Positions 1-16,063 of a stretch of 64,000 nt of DNA are shown here, piece by piece. The stretch lies in assembly GCA_037447605.1 (NCBI GenBank), contig CM074813.1, positions 2,790,001 through 2,854,000 on the forward strand. The letters are read 5' to 3'. Under the pieces are notes generated by a model. That model saw only the letters and a list, made by a program, of their open reading frames with translations. It ran no database searches and was not told where the DNA came from. The stretch comes from Zygnema circumcarinatum SAG 698-1b. Lineage: Eukaryota; Plantae; Zygnematophyceae. Each line of letters begins with the position of its first letter. The stretch's first letter is position 1. Both the position numbers and the translations under genes were made by a program.

Positions 1-37
1 TTTGTTTTGGGTCTCCCATGTTGGTTTGATGCTTCAG

Positions 38-2504
38 ATGCCGGTGATGGACGGGATCAAAGCCACGAAGCAGACCTTTTCCATGTGGCCCACGATGGAC
101 AAGCAGCATGGCTAGAAACATCTCAAAAACCGCCAGAACCTTCCCTCTCCTCCTCTTCCTCTCCCTCTCCCTCCCTCTCGGGACCTTCAGCACCCAATGA
201 TAAGTTCCTCAAATGGGTACAGAAGCACATGCAGGATGATCCCAAAAGAGCCGCGAGCAGAAAACCTTTTTCAAACAAGTGTAAATTATGGACGGGTCGA
301 TGGGTTTACGATGAAACTTATCCGCTTTGGAATTGGGAAGACTGCCCTATCAAAGATGGGTCCTATACTTGCCAGAAATTCGGACGGGAAGACATGACAT
401 ATATGAAGATGAGGTGGCAACCTGACGGCTGCAACATCAGCAGGTCAGCAGGGCAGGGCATAAGTCTCAATTTTCGAATTCAATTTTTGAATCGAGCACC
501 ATCTGGTAGAGAAGTCTGAAAACTTGAATCTGAGAACAAGAAGTAACCTCTGGCAATCTCTCGAGAATGCAGGTTTGACCCGGCTGAATTCCGGCGACGC
601 ATGCGCGGGCGGAGAATAGCATTCGTCGGAGACTCCATTGGCCGCAACCAGTACATATCGTTGGTCTGCATGCTTAGCCAGGGGGCCGACCACTCCCGGA
701 TACATAAGGTGAGTTTGTTGTGCCCTATCATCACTGCCTCTCTCACATGCAATAGGTAATTTCGACGAAAGGCAATCAGTGGCTAACATTTTCTCAAAAT
801 CTGATTGAAGCTTGCCCCCCCCTAACTAAACCGTGGATCGGCCTCTGTGCCACCGCAATATGGAACCACCTCAATTTAGACACACACACACATGCACATT
901 CCCACACAGAAGCACATTGGAAAACGCATCTGCAACTTGTCGTCATCACGACAGTCGCACCTTAGTGAACGACCCACATCCATTTCAATCTTTTTTCCAT
1001 GCTGCGTCCTTGTAAGCAACTGTACTTGGAACGGGTGCATGCAGAATCCATACACAAGTGGGCCCCTCACCAATGATCCCATTAGTGCTGTTGTCGAGTT
1101 TGAGGAGTACAATTTCACTGTTGAGTATGTGCGGAACAACTTCCTCGTTGACTCAATGCCCGTTCCTGAATCTCCGACTCATAATGTAAGGGGCGACACT
1201 CCTTTATTATGATCATGACTCTCCTCTTCAGCACGATCCATGTTCACATCTTGCCCGTGTTTGCTTCAGTCATCGCAGCAGCTTCACTTACCTCTGCCAC
1301 TCCTTTGGGACAGGTGTCATCGCTGCTGCTGTTGGACCAACTCAACCAAACGTGGGTCCAACAATTGGAAGGGGCAGACCTCTTGGTGTTCAATCTCGGC
1401 CATTGGCTGAACAAATACAAAACTGTTGACAAGTAAGTTGCTTCCTCTCTCGCACATAACTTCCTCATTCCTCTTACAAAATTCCTTTATTTTTCGCGTT
1501 TGTTGGCTCACATTCCCCGCTATCAACAGAAGGTATCAATCTTAGCAAGACAGCACTGAACGGCCCATTGTAGTGGAGTGGTTGCTCAGGGGGGTCTATT
1601 TCGGAGTGAATGGAACGTTTCGGCCCGACATAGACGAAGTGGCGGCATATGGAATGATTATGAAGAGCTTGGCTGCCTGGGCAGACAGTGCCGCCGAGAA
1701 GAAGGCAGGGAGAAGGGTGTTCTTCCGCGCACACTCGCCCCTTCACTTCGAGTGAGCAGCACCCTCCCCCTCCCCCTCCCNNNNNNNNNNCTCCTCCCCC
1801 GCCCCATGCATGCATGCTGCCTTCACTAAGTAGGGAACTCGCGCAACAGTAGTGATAAGAATGCCAAGCCAAGCGACCAATCAATGGGCCTCGCTTGTCT
1901 TGCAGAGGTGGCGAATGGAACAGTGGGGGAAAATGCAACAGTTTACTCCCATCTTTTAGTCGCCACGCTCGACCCTCTCACTTCACGAGCATGGCACGTG
2001 ACGCCATACGCGGAATGAAGCACCCCATGATATATCTCGATGTGCATTATCTCACGTCTCTCCGTAAAGACGCGCACATTGGGAACAGTAAGGCGCGTTT
2101 GTGGTACGACTGCAGGTATTGCACTGTGTGGACCCTTCAACTTTGATCCTTAGACTCCCAAAACTAAACCATGCGATGCATGTTACATTTCTTCCCGTTG
2201 ATCTGTTTGTGATCGAGAAGCAAGGGCTCCTATTGCAATGACTGAGTTGCTTTGTGCGGTCCATTGCCGCCATTGCCTCCCTTGCAGCCATTGGTGTTTG
2301 CCGGGTGTGCCGGACGCTTGGAACGAACTCCTTTACATGACGCTGCTCAACAAGGAGGGGGGCAAACCCTCGAACGGAAGGCGGGAGAACAAGGAGGAAG
2401 GAAAGGAGGAGGGGAAGGAGGAGGGGAAGGAGAAGGGGAAGGAGGAAGGGAAGGAGGAGGGGAAGGAGGGGAAGGATGGCGGAAAAACGAAGAGCGACAT
2501 GTAA
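38..2504 (+). CDS. TBL: Trichome birefringence-like (TBL/PC-esterase) polysaccharide O-acetyltransferase, 5'-partial. Exons ~38-443, 573-708, 1045-1185, 1314-1432, 1590-1751, 1906-2115, 2288-2504
   Basis: Spliced translation has the PMR5N region ([11 protein letters not shown]...[21 protein letters not shown]), the GDS motif ([13 protein letters not shown]), [28 protein letters not shown] and the DxxH motif [18 protein letters not shown]. All junctions are GT-AG with consistent phase. The start codon and N-terminal TM lie upstream of the window. Confidence 0.93.
1781..1790. other. Assembly gap (10 N) inside a TBL intron
   Basis: Run of n flanked by C/T-rich low-complexity sequence. Confidence 0.99.
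2390..2475 (+). repeat. Coding 12-bp tandem repeat (GGGAAGGAGGAG-like) encoding an (EEGK)n C-terminal tail
   Basis: Translation [28 protein letters not shown] follows the catalytic motif. Confidence 0.85.
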
Positions 2505-2755
2505 CTGCTCTGCTCCGAGGATTTGGGGCACACGGAAAGTGTGTGAGACTGTTCGCGAGCGACTGTATTTCTCAAGGTTTGTGATGAACCAATAAATATT
2601 TCAATAATCAACGCTTACCTCCCGACAGAGTGACGATGAGAGCGCATTGCCAGCGCAAACATTAGTCCAAACATTGTTCGCTATCAGGTTCCATGTTCGG
2701 CTCCGTTTCTCCGTTAAGCGTGTTCGCAGCACAGATAGGGAAGAAGGTTGAGGTT

Positions 2756-3072
2756 CCCCTTAAACCTAAATTCAGGGTCCAATATTTCCATAAGTTAAAT
2801 CTGGAGCATAGCAAGTAAGTGAGACGTTTTTGATTGTAGATGCCCTCTCTTGTACAAAAAAAAAAAACAAAAAAAAAGACCGACTCAAATAAACGCCCTA
2901 CCTTTAGCTCTGCTTGCTTATGCATGTCTCTAAACTCTAAGCTGTCGAGTCTCCTGCAAACCCTAACTTCGTTCTATGGACTAAGTTTCCATTCTCGGCG
3001 GCACATAGGGCAGTGTGTCCTCGGGCTTTGCGAGTTGACCCATTTGAGGATGCAATGTAGGTGGAAGGCGTG
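2756..3072 (-). pseudogene. Truncated tandem duplicate of the APC11 terminal exon plus 3' flank
   Basis: 2756-3072 aligns colinearly with ~3429-3751. The minus strand encodes HAFHLHCILKWVNSQSPRTHCPMCRREWKLSP* but lacks the acceptor and the IWGACN start of the functional exon. Confidence 0.85.
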
Positions 3073-3652
3073 AGAGGGGCAGAAAGATTACATGCAAATT
3101 CATCTCCACCAACCATTTCCCCCTCTTTGCTGTCCATGGAAACTGTTGGAGATGCCTCCATGGATCTCCTTCCTGCCGAGTCTTCTCCACATGTGGAGGA
3201 TGTACCTCATTCGCCGACCGAATAGTGGTTATGGTTTATGCTTTTTTTTTGAATGAAGTGTTCGATAGAAGCACCTTTCGCGCATTATATTCTTTTAAGC
3301 ACCACTATTTGTGTGTTTTTTTTACAGAAACTGATTTTGTTGGCCAATTATGACTAGATTCAAATCTATTTTCATGCTTTTCCCACGCTTAGCCCAAAGA
3401 CTTGTTCTTTCCCCTTAGACCCCTTACACCCTTATACCTAAATTGAGGGTCCAATTTTTCGATAAGTCAAATCAGGAGCACGGCAATTAAGTGAGACGTT
3501 TCTGATTATAGATTCCCTCTTCTGTACAAAAAAACAAAAAACAAAAAAAAAGAAAAGACCGACTCAAATAAGCGCCCGACCTTTAGCTCTGCTTGCCTGT
3601 GCATGTCTCTGAACCCTCAGCTGCCGAGTCTCCTGCAAACCCTAACTTTGTT

Positions 3653-4174
3653 CTATGCACGAAATTTCCATTCTCGGCGGCACATAGGGCACTGGGGCCT
3701 CGGGCTCTGCGAGTTGACCCATTTGAGGATGCAGTGCAGGTGGAAGGCGTGGTTGCAGGCGCCCCAAACTGTGAAAGCACAAATGGTCACATAGAAACTC
3801 TCCGTTGCGTGAGCCAGCCGTTTGCACATAGACAGTTTTTGTTCAACAGTACATCACTCGCACGCTTAACAGAACTTCTAGAGGTGTTGTTCGCATTGGA
3901 TATGACGGGGGACAATGTTGAAGTTTAACATCAATCATGAGGGGTGGTGGAAGGCTCATACTGGGTTGGGACTTCAATAAGTCCTTCAGACATGCAAACA
4001 TTTCAAAGGTCCAAAAAGGTTTCAGAACCCAAATGCCCGGCTTGTATAGCCACCCAGACCTCGCAGTAACTTTTCGTCACGATCACAAAAGGGGGGGAAG
4101 CGAGAGGGAGCTGCTTGCTACACAAAACCAAGAACCTAAAGAGAGAAAGACACAGAGTGGGAGAGAGAGAGAGG

Positions 4175-4222
<48 letters not shown>

Positions 4223-5565
4223 AAGAGAGTGAGAGAGAGAGGAGAGATGCTCACTTAGAGGGCAATCATCTCCGGGCATTTTGCAGTCGGGGCAGCAGCC
4301 ATCGAAGGGCATTCGGCAGATCCCGCACGACTCGTCGTGGGCGTCCCACGTCCAAGCGGCGACCGCCCGCCAACTGCTCCAAGAGAGTGCCGCAGAGAGG
4401 GGGAGAGAGAGCAGCTTTGGGGACATCAACAAGAGCATGAAAGGACGCACAGAACTAACATTGGAGCAACATGGCGAGCAGTGCACACATCAACGTTGAG
4501 AACGGTCTCAGTGCGAGCCCCCATCATAGTGTGAACACCAGCTGCGCTTCCGGATTTAGGGTTTAGGGTTCGTTCGGACTTTCTAGGGTTCGTTTTAACT
4601 ACTTTATGGAAAGGAAAGTTAAAGACTTTTGCCATCAATGGTGCAAAGATTGACGCGTTAGTGGTCAAGAGGGTCTTGCTCTTTCAAAGTGATGCTGCTT
4701 TCCTTTTTTCAATGGAGCTTTTTAGTCTTAAGGGGAAGAAGTAAAGGATAAGTCTTGTGTTGGAGTGCGGCCTTTAGGGTTTGCGATTAAAGCTCGAACT
4801 TGGTTTGCATTTAAAGGTTTTGAGGGATGTTTTGTGATGCTTGAGGTAGGGTTTACGGAGTGGTGTCACTGCCAATCGAGTTTTTTCGTTTAAAAATTCA
4901 TAATTTATTTGAATTGTTTAGGGTTGCAAGAGAAGCCTGCTTTGAAGCTGTGCTTAGCGTTACTGTAGACATATTTACTGACCGAAAAAGAATTGCAATA
5001 TAAAGTGAATGATGAAACTTTATAAGCAGACAGAGACCGGCAGAGAAGCTGATGCTGCCTTTTCTGAAGATCACAAAATGGCCTAAAAAAAGGAAGAGAT
5101 CATTGGTTGGGTTCTTACTCTTTATTGGAAATGGAGGACGCCCCACAACCGCATCATAAGCCAAAAGTATCCACAACATAAAAAAAAACACGAGTTATAC
5201 TCTGATAAAATTTCTCCCCCCCCCCCCCCAAAAAAAGGGGTGAAATGAAATCTATAACATATTATATGTCACGCAATTCCAAAAACTCAGAAACCAGAAA
5301 CTTGAGAAACCTAACGCATCAGTTTTTTCAAGACTCCAAATTTTACTATGTATGAGGCTCGGGGGGGGAGGGGGGGTGGGCAGCAGGGCTATATAGCATA
5401 GCAGAGCGCAGCATAAATTCCAATCGAAATTAAAAAAAAAAAATCAAAAAGTTGTGAGATTCCCAGACGCTGAAATTCGATCGTGTTCCAATTTTTCCTT
5501 CCCTCTCCCCAGAAAAAAAATAATAATGAGAAGGGATTGAGCATACCTAAAATTTTCACTCGCAT
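3653..5565 (-). CDS. APC11: Anaphase-promoting complex subunit 11 (RING-H2 E3). Exons 5565-5547, a 1-nt exon (5201 or 5119; see findings), 4373-4255, 3768-3653; 84 aa
   Basis: MRVKIL(D)WRAVAAWTWDAHDESCGICRMPFDGCCPDCKMPGDDCPLIWGACNHAFHLHCILKWVNSQSPRPQCPMCRREWKFRA*, near-identical to plant APC11. 19+1+119+116=255 nt. Confidence 0.96.
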
Positions 5566-5623
5566 GGCGGCGACCTGCACCTGCTCCCTCACTTCAGAAA
5601 AAAACGACCCATTCCGGCAGTAA

Positions 5624-5877
5624 AGTACACTTGCCGTACGATAACCGACCGTCTGCCGTACATATAGTAGTGATCCGTTACAGTACCGTACAGTCTGGCC
5701 GGCTTTCGTACATTCTGGCCGCCTGCCGTACAATCTGGCCGACTGCCAGAAATTCAGAAAGGAAAAAACTGTGCGCTCAGCTCCGTTTGCGACACCAATT
5801 GAAGGCTAAAAGCACCATAATTTAGCCAATGGAGCTGTGTCACGTGCACACGTGCTTACGTGGCGAGTACCCATTGG
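5624..5877. promoter_or_regulatory. Bidirectional promoter APC11/SUVR3: GTAC cluster (5624-5747, including 3 x 20-bp tandem unit) and inverted CCAAT/CACG pair (5826-5877)
   Basis: 7 GTAC cores in ~110 bp; CCAAT-N10-CACGTG on + at 5826-5846; CCAAT-N9-CCACG on - at 5877-5859; the two divergent ATGs are 457 bp apart. Confidence 0.6.
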
Positions 5878-6022
5878 TAGACGCTCCGGGGTAATAGCTC
5901 TCAGTGAAAAGTGGCCGTGTGTCCTGTGATTTTCTTCTTTCTTTTCGTTTTTAGAAGAAAGCAGAAAGCCAGAGAGAGAGAGAGAAAGAGAGAGAGGCTC
6001 CTTCTTCCTCCCATTCTCAGCT

Positions 6023-10352
<4,330 letters not shown>

Positions 10353-11220
10353 CTTTTTGAAAAAGAATGTTTCAAACTTTTTGGGCATTGTGAGGGGGAT
10401 ATGGTCGGGGGAATGGACCTAGGTTGCAGTTTTGCACTTTGGGGGTCCCGTCGGGTTTCGGATTTTGTGAAAGCTTAAAACATTACAAAGAGCCAAGGGC
10501 TCTTGATGTTTCAATGAAATAAAAGCAGGAGCCTTCGACCAGTTCGACACGACAGGCAAATGGTTGCATACATTGGTTGGTCCAAACCTACTCTTCAAAT
10601 TTCCATTAGCAGAACAAAGTCTGCTGTCTAAACAAACCTCTCGCACTTCCTCTCCTTGCCTGTCCCCACAATACGTTAAACCGCTGACACTCTAAAGCCT
10701 GAATTACTTAATCCTACACCTCCAATATGTCTCACTCCATTTGCCTGCATCAAGGGGGGTTGTACTGGGCAGGAGAAAACCCCCACATCCTGATTTCCAA
10801 CTGAACTAGACTTACATGGCACAATCAACAGAGAACGTATTGAATAAATATCTCTTATAGTGAGGCCTCCCTGTCTGTCTGTCTGTTTTCTACGGACAGT
10901 CGGCCTCGGCAGTCACCTTCTGCATGTTGTGAAGGCTTTTAACTCGCTCCTTAGAGTTAATTTTCCAAACTTTAGATTTCAACTTCACCCTTCACCCTTG
11001 TAAGTTGTAAGTCAGATCCATAGGAACTCTCACTACGTTTCAAGTGCTCATAGTCTATCAATGAGGATTTAGGGCTCGAAATATTAGGGTGCAGGGCTTG
11101 AATGCTCGTACGTCGGTTCAGCAGGACACAAACCGATGTACAACTGAATGGCGAGGACGTTTTCGTCCATAAGTTTCCCAAATTGCCATATTATATGAGA
11201 AGTAAGGTGGTGCCTATGCT

Positions 11221-14200
11221 TTACTTCTTACTTTGGCGAGTTGTTTTATGGTGCGCCTTCTTGCTCCCCTCTGCCTTGGTGCCTTCCTCTACGGTCGCTC
11301 CATTCTTCTCCTGCAGGATTGAAAGCAGAATGACAGATTTGGGTTAACGTCGTGTTCTTTCTCAAAGTTCTCTACCACTTTCTCCACCCTAAAAAATGGA
11401 GGGCGAGCTTCAAGCCACAGAGGATTACGAAAGTGCTGCGCTTTTGAAGCACTTCGGGTCTCGGGAACCCTAAAAGGTCAAGGTACCCTAAGTTTTGAAA
11501 AACTTGAACTCTAATCCCCTTCAAGTGGAGGATCGAATGCTCCCGTACATTGTCGGACAGTCAAAGCTCCTCATCCATACAAGACAGCCGTTGAACATGT
11601 CATTATTGAATCAGCGGGTCAAGCAGATCTCAAACTTCCCACCTCTGAAATTGACATATTCACAAGCTCTCCTCACAATGGTGCTTCCATATCTCTCGTG
11701 TGAGCCTTTACAGAAATCACCTCTGAGTGCAGAACTTCAATCACCGTCTCCGCTTGCACAATGGCTCCCTTCAGCTGCTCCACAACCTCCTGTTCCTCCT
11801 GCAGAGCTCCGCTTGTCTGTTCCAGCTTCGCTTTAGCTGTGCCCAAAGCCCGTTGCTCAGTTTCCAGCAGGCCCTTAGTCTCCAGAAGCTCAGTTTTCAG
11901 CTCTGCATTCTTCGCCTTCAGAGCCCGCAGCTCTGCAATCATCTCCGCCCTACCCTTTTCCGTCACCTTCTGCTGCTCCTTCAGATCGCCATTCCTCCCA
12001 TTCACCTTCTCAAGCTCCTTCACAACGTGCTCGTATTTCCGCTGCGTCTCTACCAACGCAGCCTCCAACTCAGGAATTTTGCTCTGAACCTGCGTCAGCT
12101 CCGTTCTCAGTTTCGTAATTTCCGCTCTCGCTTCTTCCACTTCTCTCTCCTTCTCCTCGATCTGACTGCTCTTCAACTCTACCGCATCTGTCAGCTGCCG
12201 GTTCACTCGCCTCTCACTCTCCAAATCCTCACGCAGACTCGTCATCTGCTCATCCAAATGCTCCCACTGCCCACTCCTCTCCTTCACTGCCTGGTCTGCT
12301 GCACTGAGGGCCTCTGCAAGCTCCCCAATTTCTGCCTTTTTCTGAGTCAACTCCTTCAGCGCCATAGTCAACTCACCATGGATATGCTCCACCTCCTTAG
12401 CTGTCTTGTTAAGCTCGCTCCTTGTATTCTCCTCCCGTTCTGCTACTGCAGCGACCTCTCCCTCCAAGCCCTTCAACTTCTCCTCTGCCGCAGCTTTGGC
12501 GCGTTCCACCTCCTCAAGGCTACCTTTCACCTGCACTACCTCCTTCTCCATCTCCGCATACTTGCTCTCTATCTTTGCCAATTCACCTTGTGCTTGGGCT
12601 GCTTCCTGTTTCTTTTCTTCCACTGCTCTAGAGTACTCCTCAGTCTTACTATGCATCGCGTTCATCTCCTCTACCTTCGCAGCTATTTCTGTCTCTTTTC
12701 CCTTCACCAACTCCTCCAGCTCCCTCACTTTTGCAAGACTCCCTTTCAACTCCTCCTCCTTTGCAGCCATTTCTGTTTCCTTTCCCTTCACCAGCTCTTC
12801 CAGCTCCCTCACGTTTGCAAGGCTACCTTTCAACTCTTCCTCCTTCGCAGCCATTTCTGTCTCTTTTCCTTTCACCAACTCTTCCAGCTCCCTCACTTTT
12901 GCAAGGCTCCCTTTCAACTCCTCCTCCTTCGCAGTCATTTCTGTTTCCTTTCCCTTCACCAGCTCCTCCAGCTCTCTCACTTTTGCAAGGCTAACTTTCA
13001 ACTCCTCCTTAGCAGCCTCCAGACTTGCATTCAGCTCCTTCACCTTCTCATTACTCTGTGCTAGTTCTGCAGAAAGTCGGCTCATATCTTCACTCAAAGC
13101 TCGCTCTCTTGTGTCTGCCTCTGCCAGTCTCACCCCCAATGCAGCCTTTTCGGATTCCGAAGATTTCAATTGCTCCTTGTAATTGGCCATCTGCTGTTCA
13201 AGCTCCTTAGTCACTTTCTGACGGCCTTCAAGCTGGCGGGCGAGAGATTTGCCTGCAACCAATAAAGCGCAAACATTTTTTGTCAACACTTATCAATTAT
13301 ATACTAATTTGTAATGATAAAACAGCCCAGCCCAGCTTTGAGGATACTTCACACTTCAAGATTTCAGTATCCATAGCTGAAGTGAAGCTCCTCTACCTTC
13401 CATTTAGCTAAATCCTGTTTAAGTGTTCCATGTGAAACGAAATTAGCTCGACTGTATAAAAAAATGATCATGAACTCTTACTGTTCGCCTCTTGTGCTGC
13501 AAGCAGGTCTGCCAGCTCTTTTTTCTGCTTTTGTGCATTATCACCCTCTTTCCGTGCCTTTGCCTCCAAAGCATTGAGCTGCTCTCCAAGCGAAGCTTTC
13601 AGGGCTAGAGCTTCCGCATCTTTCTGCTTCAAAGCTCCGTCCTTTTTCGTCAGCTCCTCCGCGGTCTGCCCCCCCCCCCACTACATCATACTTTCAGAAA
13701 AGTCCTTCGTAGAATTTTGACTTTCGGAGCAGTATAGAACGAACGCATGCATGAAACCCTTCCGAACACGGAGCAATTTCTAATTCATCCATTGAAAAGC
13801 TTAGCTTAGACAGCATATGCAAGTCAAAAGACTTCTTGCTTACCGCCGCGCTTTTCTGTTTCTCTGTGAACCAAAGACCCCCAAAGATTGCTGTTGGAAG
13901 GCCTGTCACAGCCAGGCTTGACAGCCAGCCCCCTCCGCTCGCAGTCTGGCAATGAATATCAATAAAAATGATTAAATTAATAGTCATAAGTTCCGGAAAG
14001 TGGCTCCACAAGACGAGGACAATCCGTTATCAAAAGGATAAGGAGACAGACTGTAGCATTGGTGCAGAGAGAGAGGGAGAGAAAGAGAGAGAGAGAGAAT
14101 GGAGAGAGAGAGGGGGGGAGGGAGAGTATAGAGGAGTGCGTTGCAGGATTCACGATGTTGTAGAAAAGTGTACTTGGCTTATGTCTTGAGCTCAAAGGAA

Positions 14201-16063
14201 CGAGTGCAAGCAAAATGCTGACCTCTTCCACAGGGATTCGGATAAAAAAGGAAACCTAGGGTTGAACGAAACAGGGATCACCAAATGGATACTACAGCAA
14301 GTAAGCCACTAATGCTAGCATTAAGGGCTTTCAAACGTGCTTTTCTGATTTCTGCACTTAAGACCGACTAGCATGGCTCGCGGAAGGTACGTTTTAATAC
14401 GAAAGGTGAGTCACTAAATATTGTACATTGCAGTCAGATAAATTCAAGCATACACCCGATCGCAAAAACGTCCGTCAATGCATCATTTGCTGATTGGTTC
14501 TGCTTCTGCAGAGTTCAAGGAGGGCAACTTAAGAAAGATGGATGAATGATTGGACCAATGAAATACCTCAACTGGAAGTCCACTCGCCTCTACCTTCGTC
14601 TCCGATTCTGCACCTCCAGCTTCTGCTTGGGCTTTCACTAGAGCTGCTTCTTCCTCCGCCGCTTTAATTGTCGCTGCCGCTTCTTCCTCAGCCCTCTTCC
14701 TTGCATCCTCTTCCTCAGCTGCCTTCTTTCTCGAAGCTTCCTCTTGCTGTGCTTTCACTCGAGCTGCTTCCTCCTCTGCTTTCTTCTTCGCAGCTTCCGT
14801 TTGGGCTTTGACTCTTGCCGTCTCTTCCTCTTCAGCTTTTTTCTTTGCAGCTTTTTCCGCTTGTGCTTTGATTTTTGCCGCTTCCTCCTCCGCCACCTTT
14901 TTCCTCGCAGCTTCCTCTTCTTGCTGCGCTTTGATTTTGGCCAAATTCTCCTCTTCTGCTTTCTTCTTTGCAGCCTCTTCTTCCGCTTGTTTTCTGGCAA
15001 CTTCCTTCTGTTGTGCACTGACTCTCTCTGCGTCTTCGGCTTCAGCATCCTCTTCCACAACAGAAACCGACTCTTCAGGCTCAGTCATTGGTTTAGTTTC
15101 ATTAGCCTCTGAGACCACCTTCTCCTCCTTCTGCTTCTTCTTGATCATTTTCGGTTTTGCCTCCAAGACTTCTAAAAAGCTTGCAAAGTCCTTCGCCACC
15201 TCTCCTTTGATCAATTCCGTCTCTGCACAAAACACATAATTGCAACTTCAGGAATGGACGGTCTTCCAGGAGAGTTGGATCAGAGGGGAAATACCTTCTA
15301 ATAATACTAAGGAATAAAGCCCTCTCTGCGTATATCCATTACCACAAACAAGTTGAATCGATACAAACCCTTTCAATAATGAAAAGTCAAAAACGCCAAC
15401 CGAACTCTTGTTTTTGAAAAATGACATTCGGCATTGACGTCCCTTCCATTTAGATCCGCAATGATGCCAGAAATATTTTCGTCGTGCAGATCAGTTTCAA
15501 CCTCTAAGTCAGCTAGAAGTCAAGGCCTGGCTATGAAGGCCTGACTAAGCATCAGAAATCCGAATTTGCATGCGCACACGAAAATGGTATGAACGAACTC
15601 AAAAAAAAATCCTAAAGAGAAAGGGAAAGGAGAGACTTTGACAATTCTACTCCAAACTTTCAGTAAGTCGAGGCCTTGCAAGTCCACCTGCGATGATGTC
15701 AGCTGAAACATCAGCTCGAGATTTTTGCGCAAAAGCAAATAAAGGAAGTGCTTGCAAGGCCAGAGCCGCCGAGCCGACAGCCATTCGTCTTGTGACACCT
15801 GTCCACCTCCTCTCCCCATTTTTGAGCCCTTCCTGTTTCTCGCATTTTTGTTCCTTTTGTGCCGGTTGGCCAGCTGAAACACTGAAATTAATCGCAGAAT
15901 CGTCCCCTGCTTCTTCTTTCCCCAAAACTGCCACGCATTTGAATGCAGTAGCGGAATTTCCGTGCTGCTGAGGGGCAACTCTTCGAACAAGAGGGTTTTT
16001 GGAATCTCCAAGAAATGGAGTCGCCTTGGAGAGAAGGCTCAGCTGGGAAGTTCCAATCATCAT
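11221..16063 (-). CDS. MFP1: MAR-binding filament-like protein 1 homologue (thylakoid-anchored coiled coil). Exons 16063-15688, 15222-14567, 13945-13844, 13665-13482, 13252-11721, 11310-11221; ~979 aa
   Basis: Plastid transit peptide, twin-Arg signal (TRRMAVGSAALALQALPLFAFAQKSRA), TM segment (WLSSLAVTGLPTAIFGGLWF), long heptad coiled coil (LARQLEGRQKVTKELEQQM...EKAALGVRL) and basic C-terminus. The domain order matches MFP1. Exon phases are consistent; the last junction is the least certain. Confidence 0.78.
12676..13011 (-). repeat. Coding 84-bp tandem repeat x4 (28 aa = 4 heptads) in the MFP1 coiled coil
   Basis: KEEELKGSLAKVRELEELVKGKETEMAA repeated four times with few substitutions. Confidence 0.92.

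Noticed and set aside
3073-3100. gca tgt aat (ACN) 14 nt upstream of the duplicated APC11 fragment, suggesting an insertion-disrupted full exon
   Set aside because: All three wobble bases differ although the rest of the copy is highly similar, and there is no WG or acceptor; likely coincidence
11727-15239. Long plus-strand ORFs rich in L/F/S opposite MFP1
   Set aside because: Antisense shadows of the E/K/A-rich coiled-coil codons
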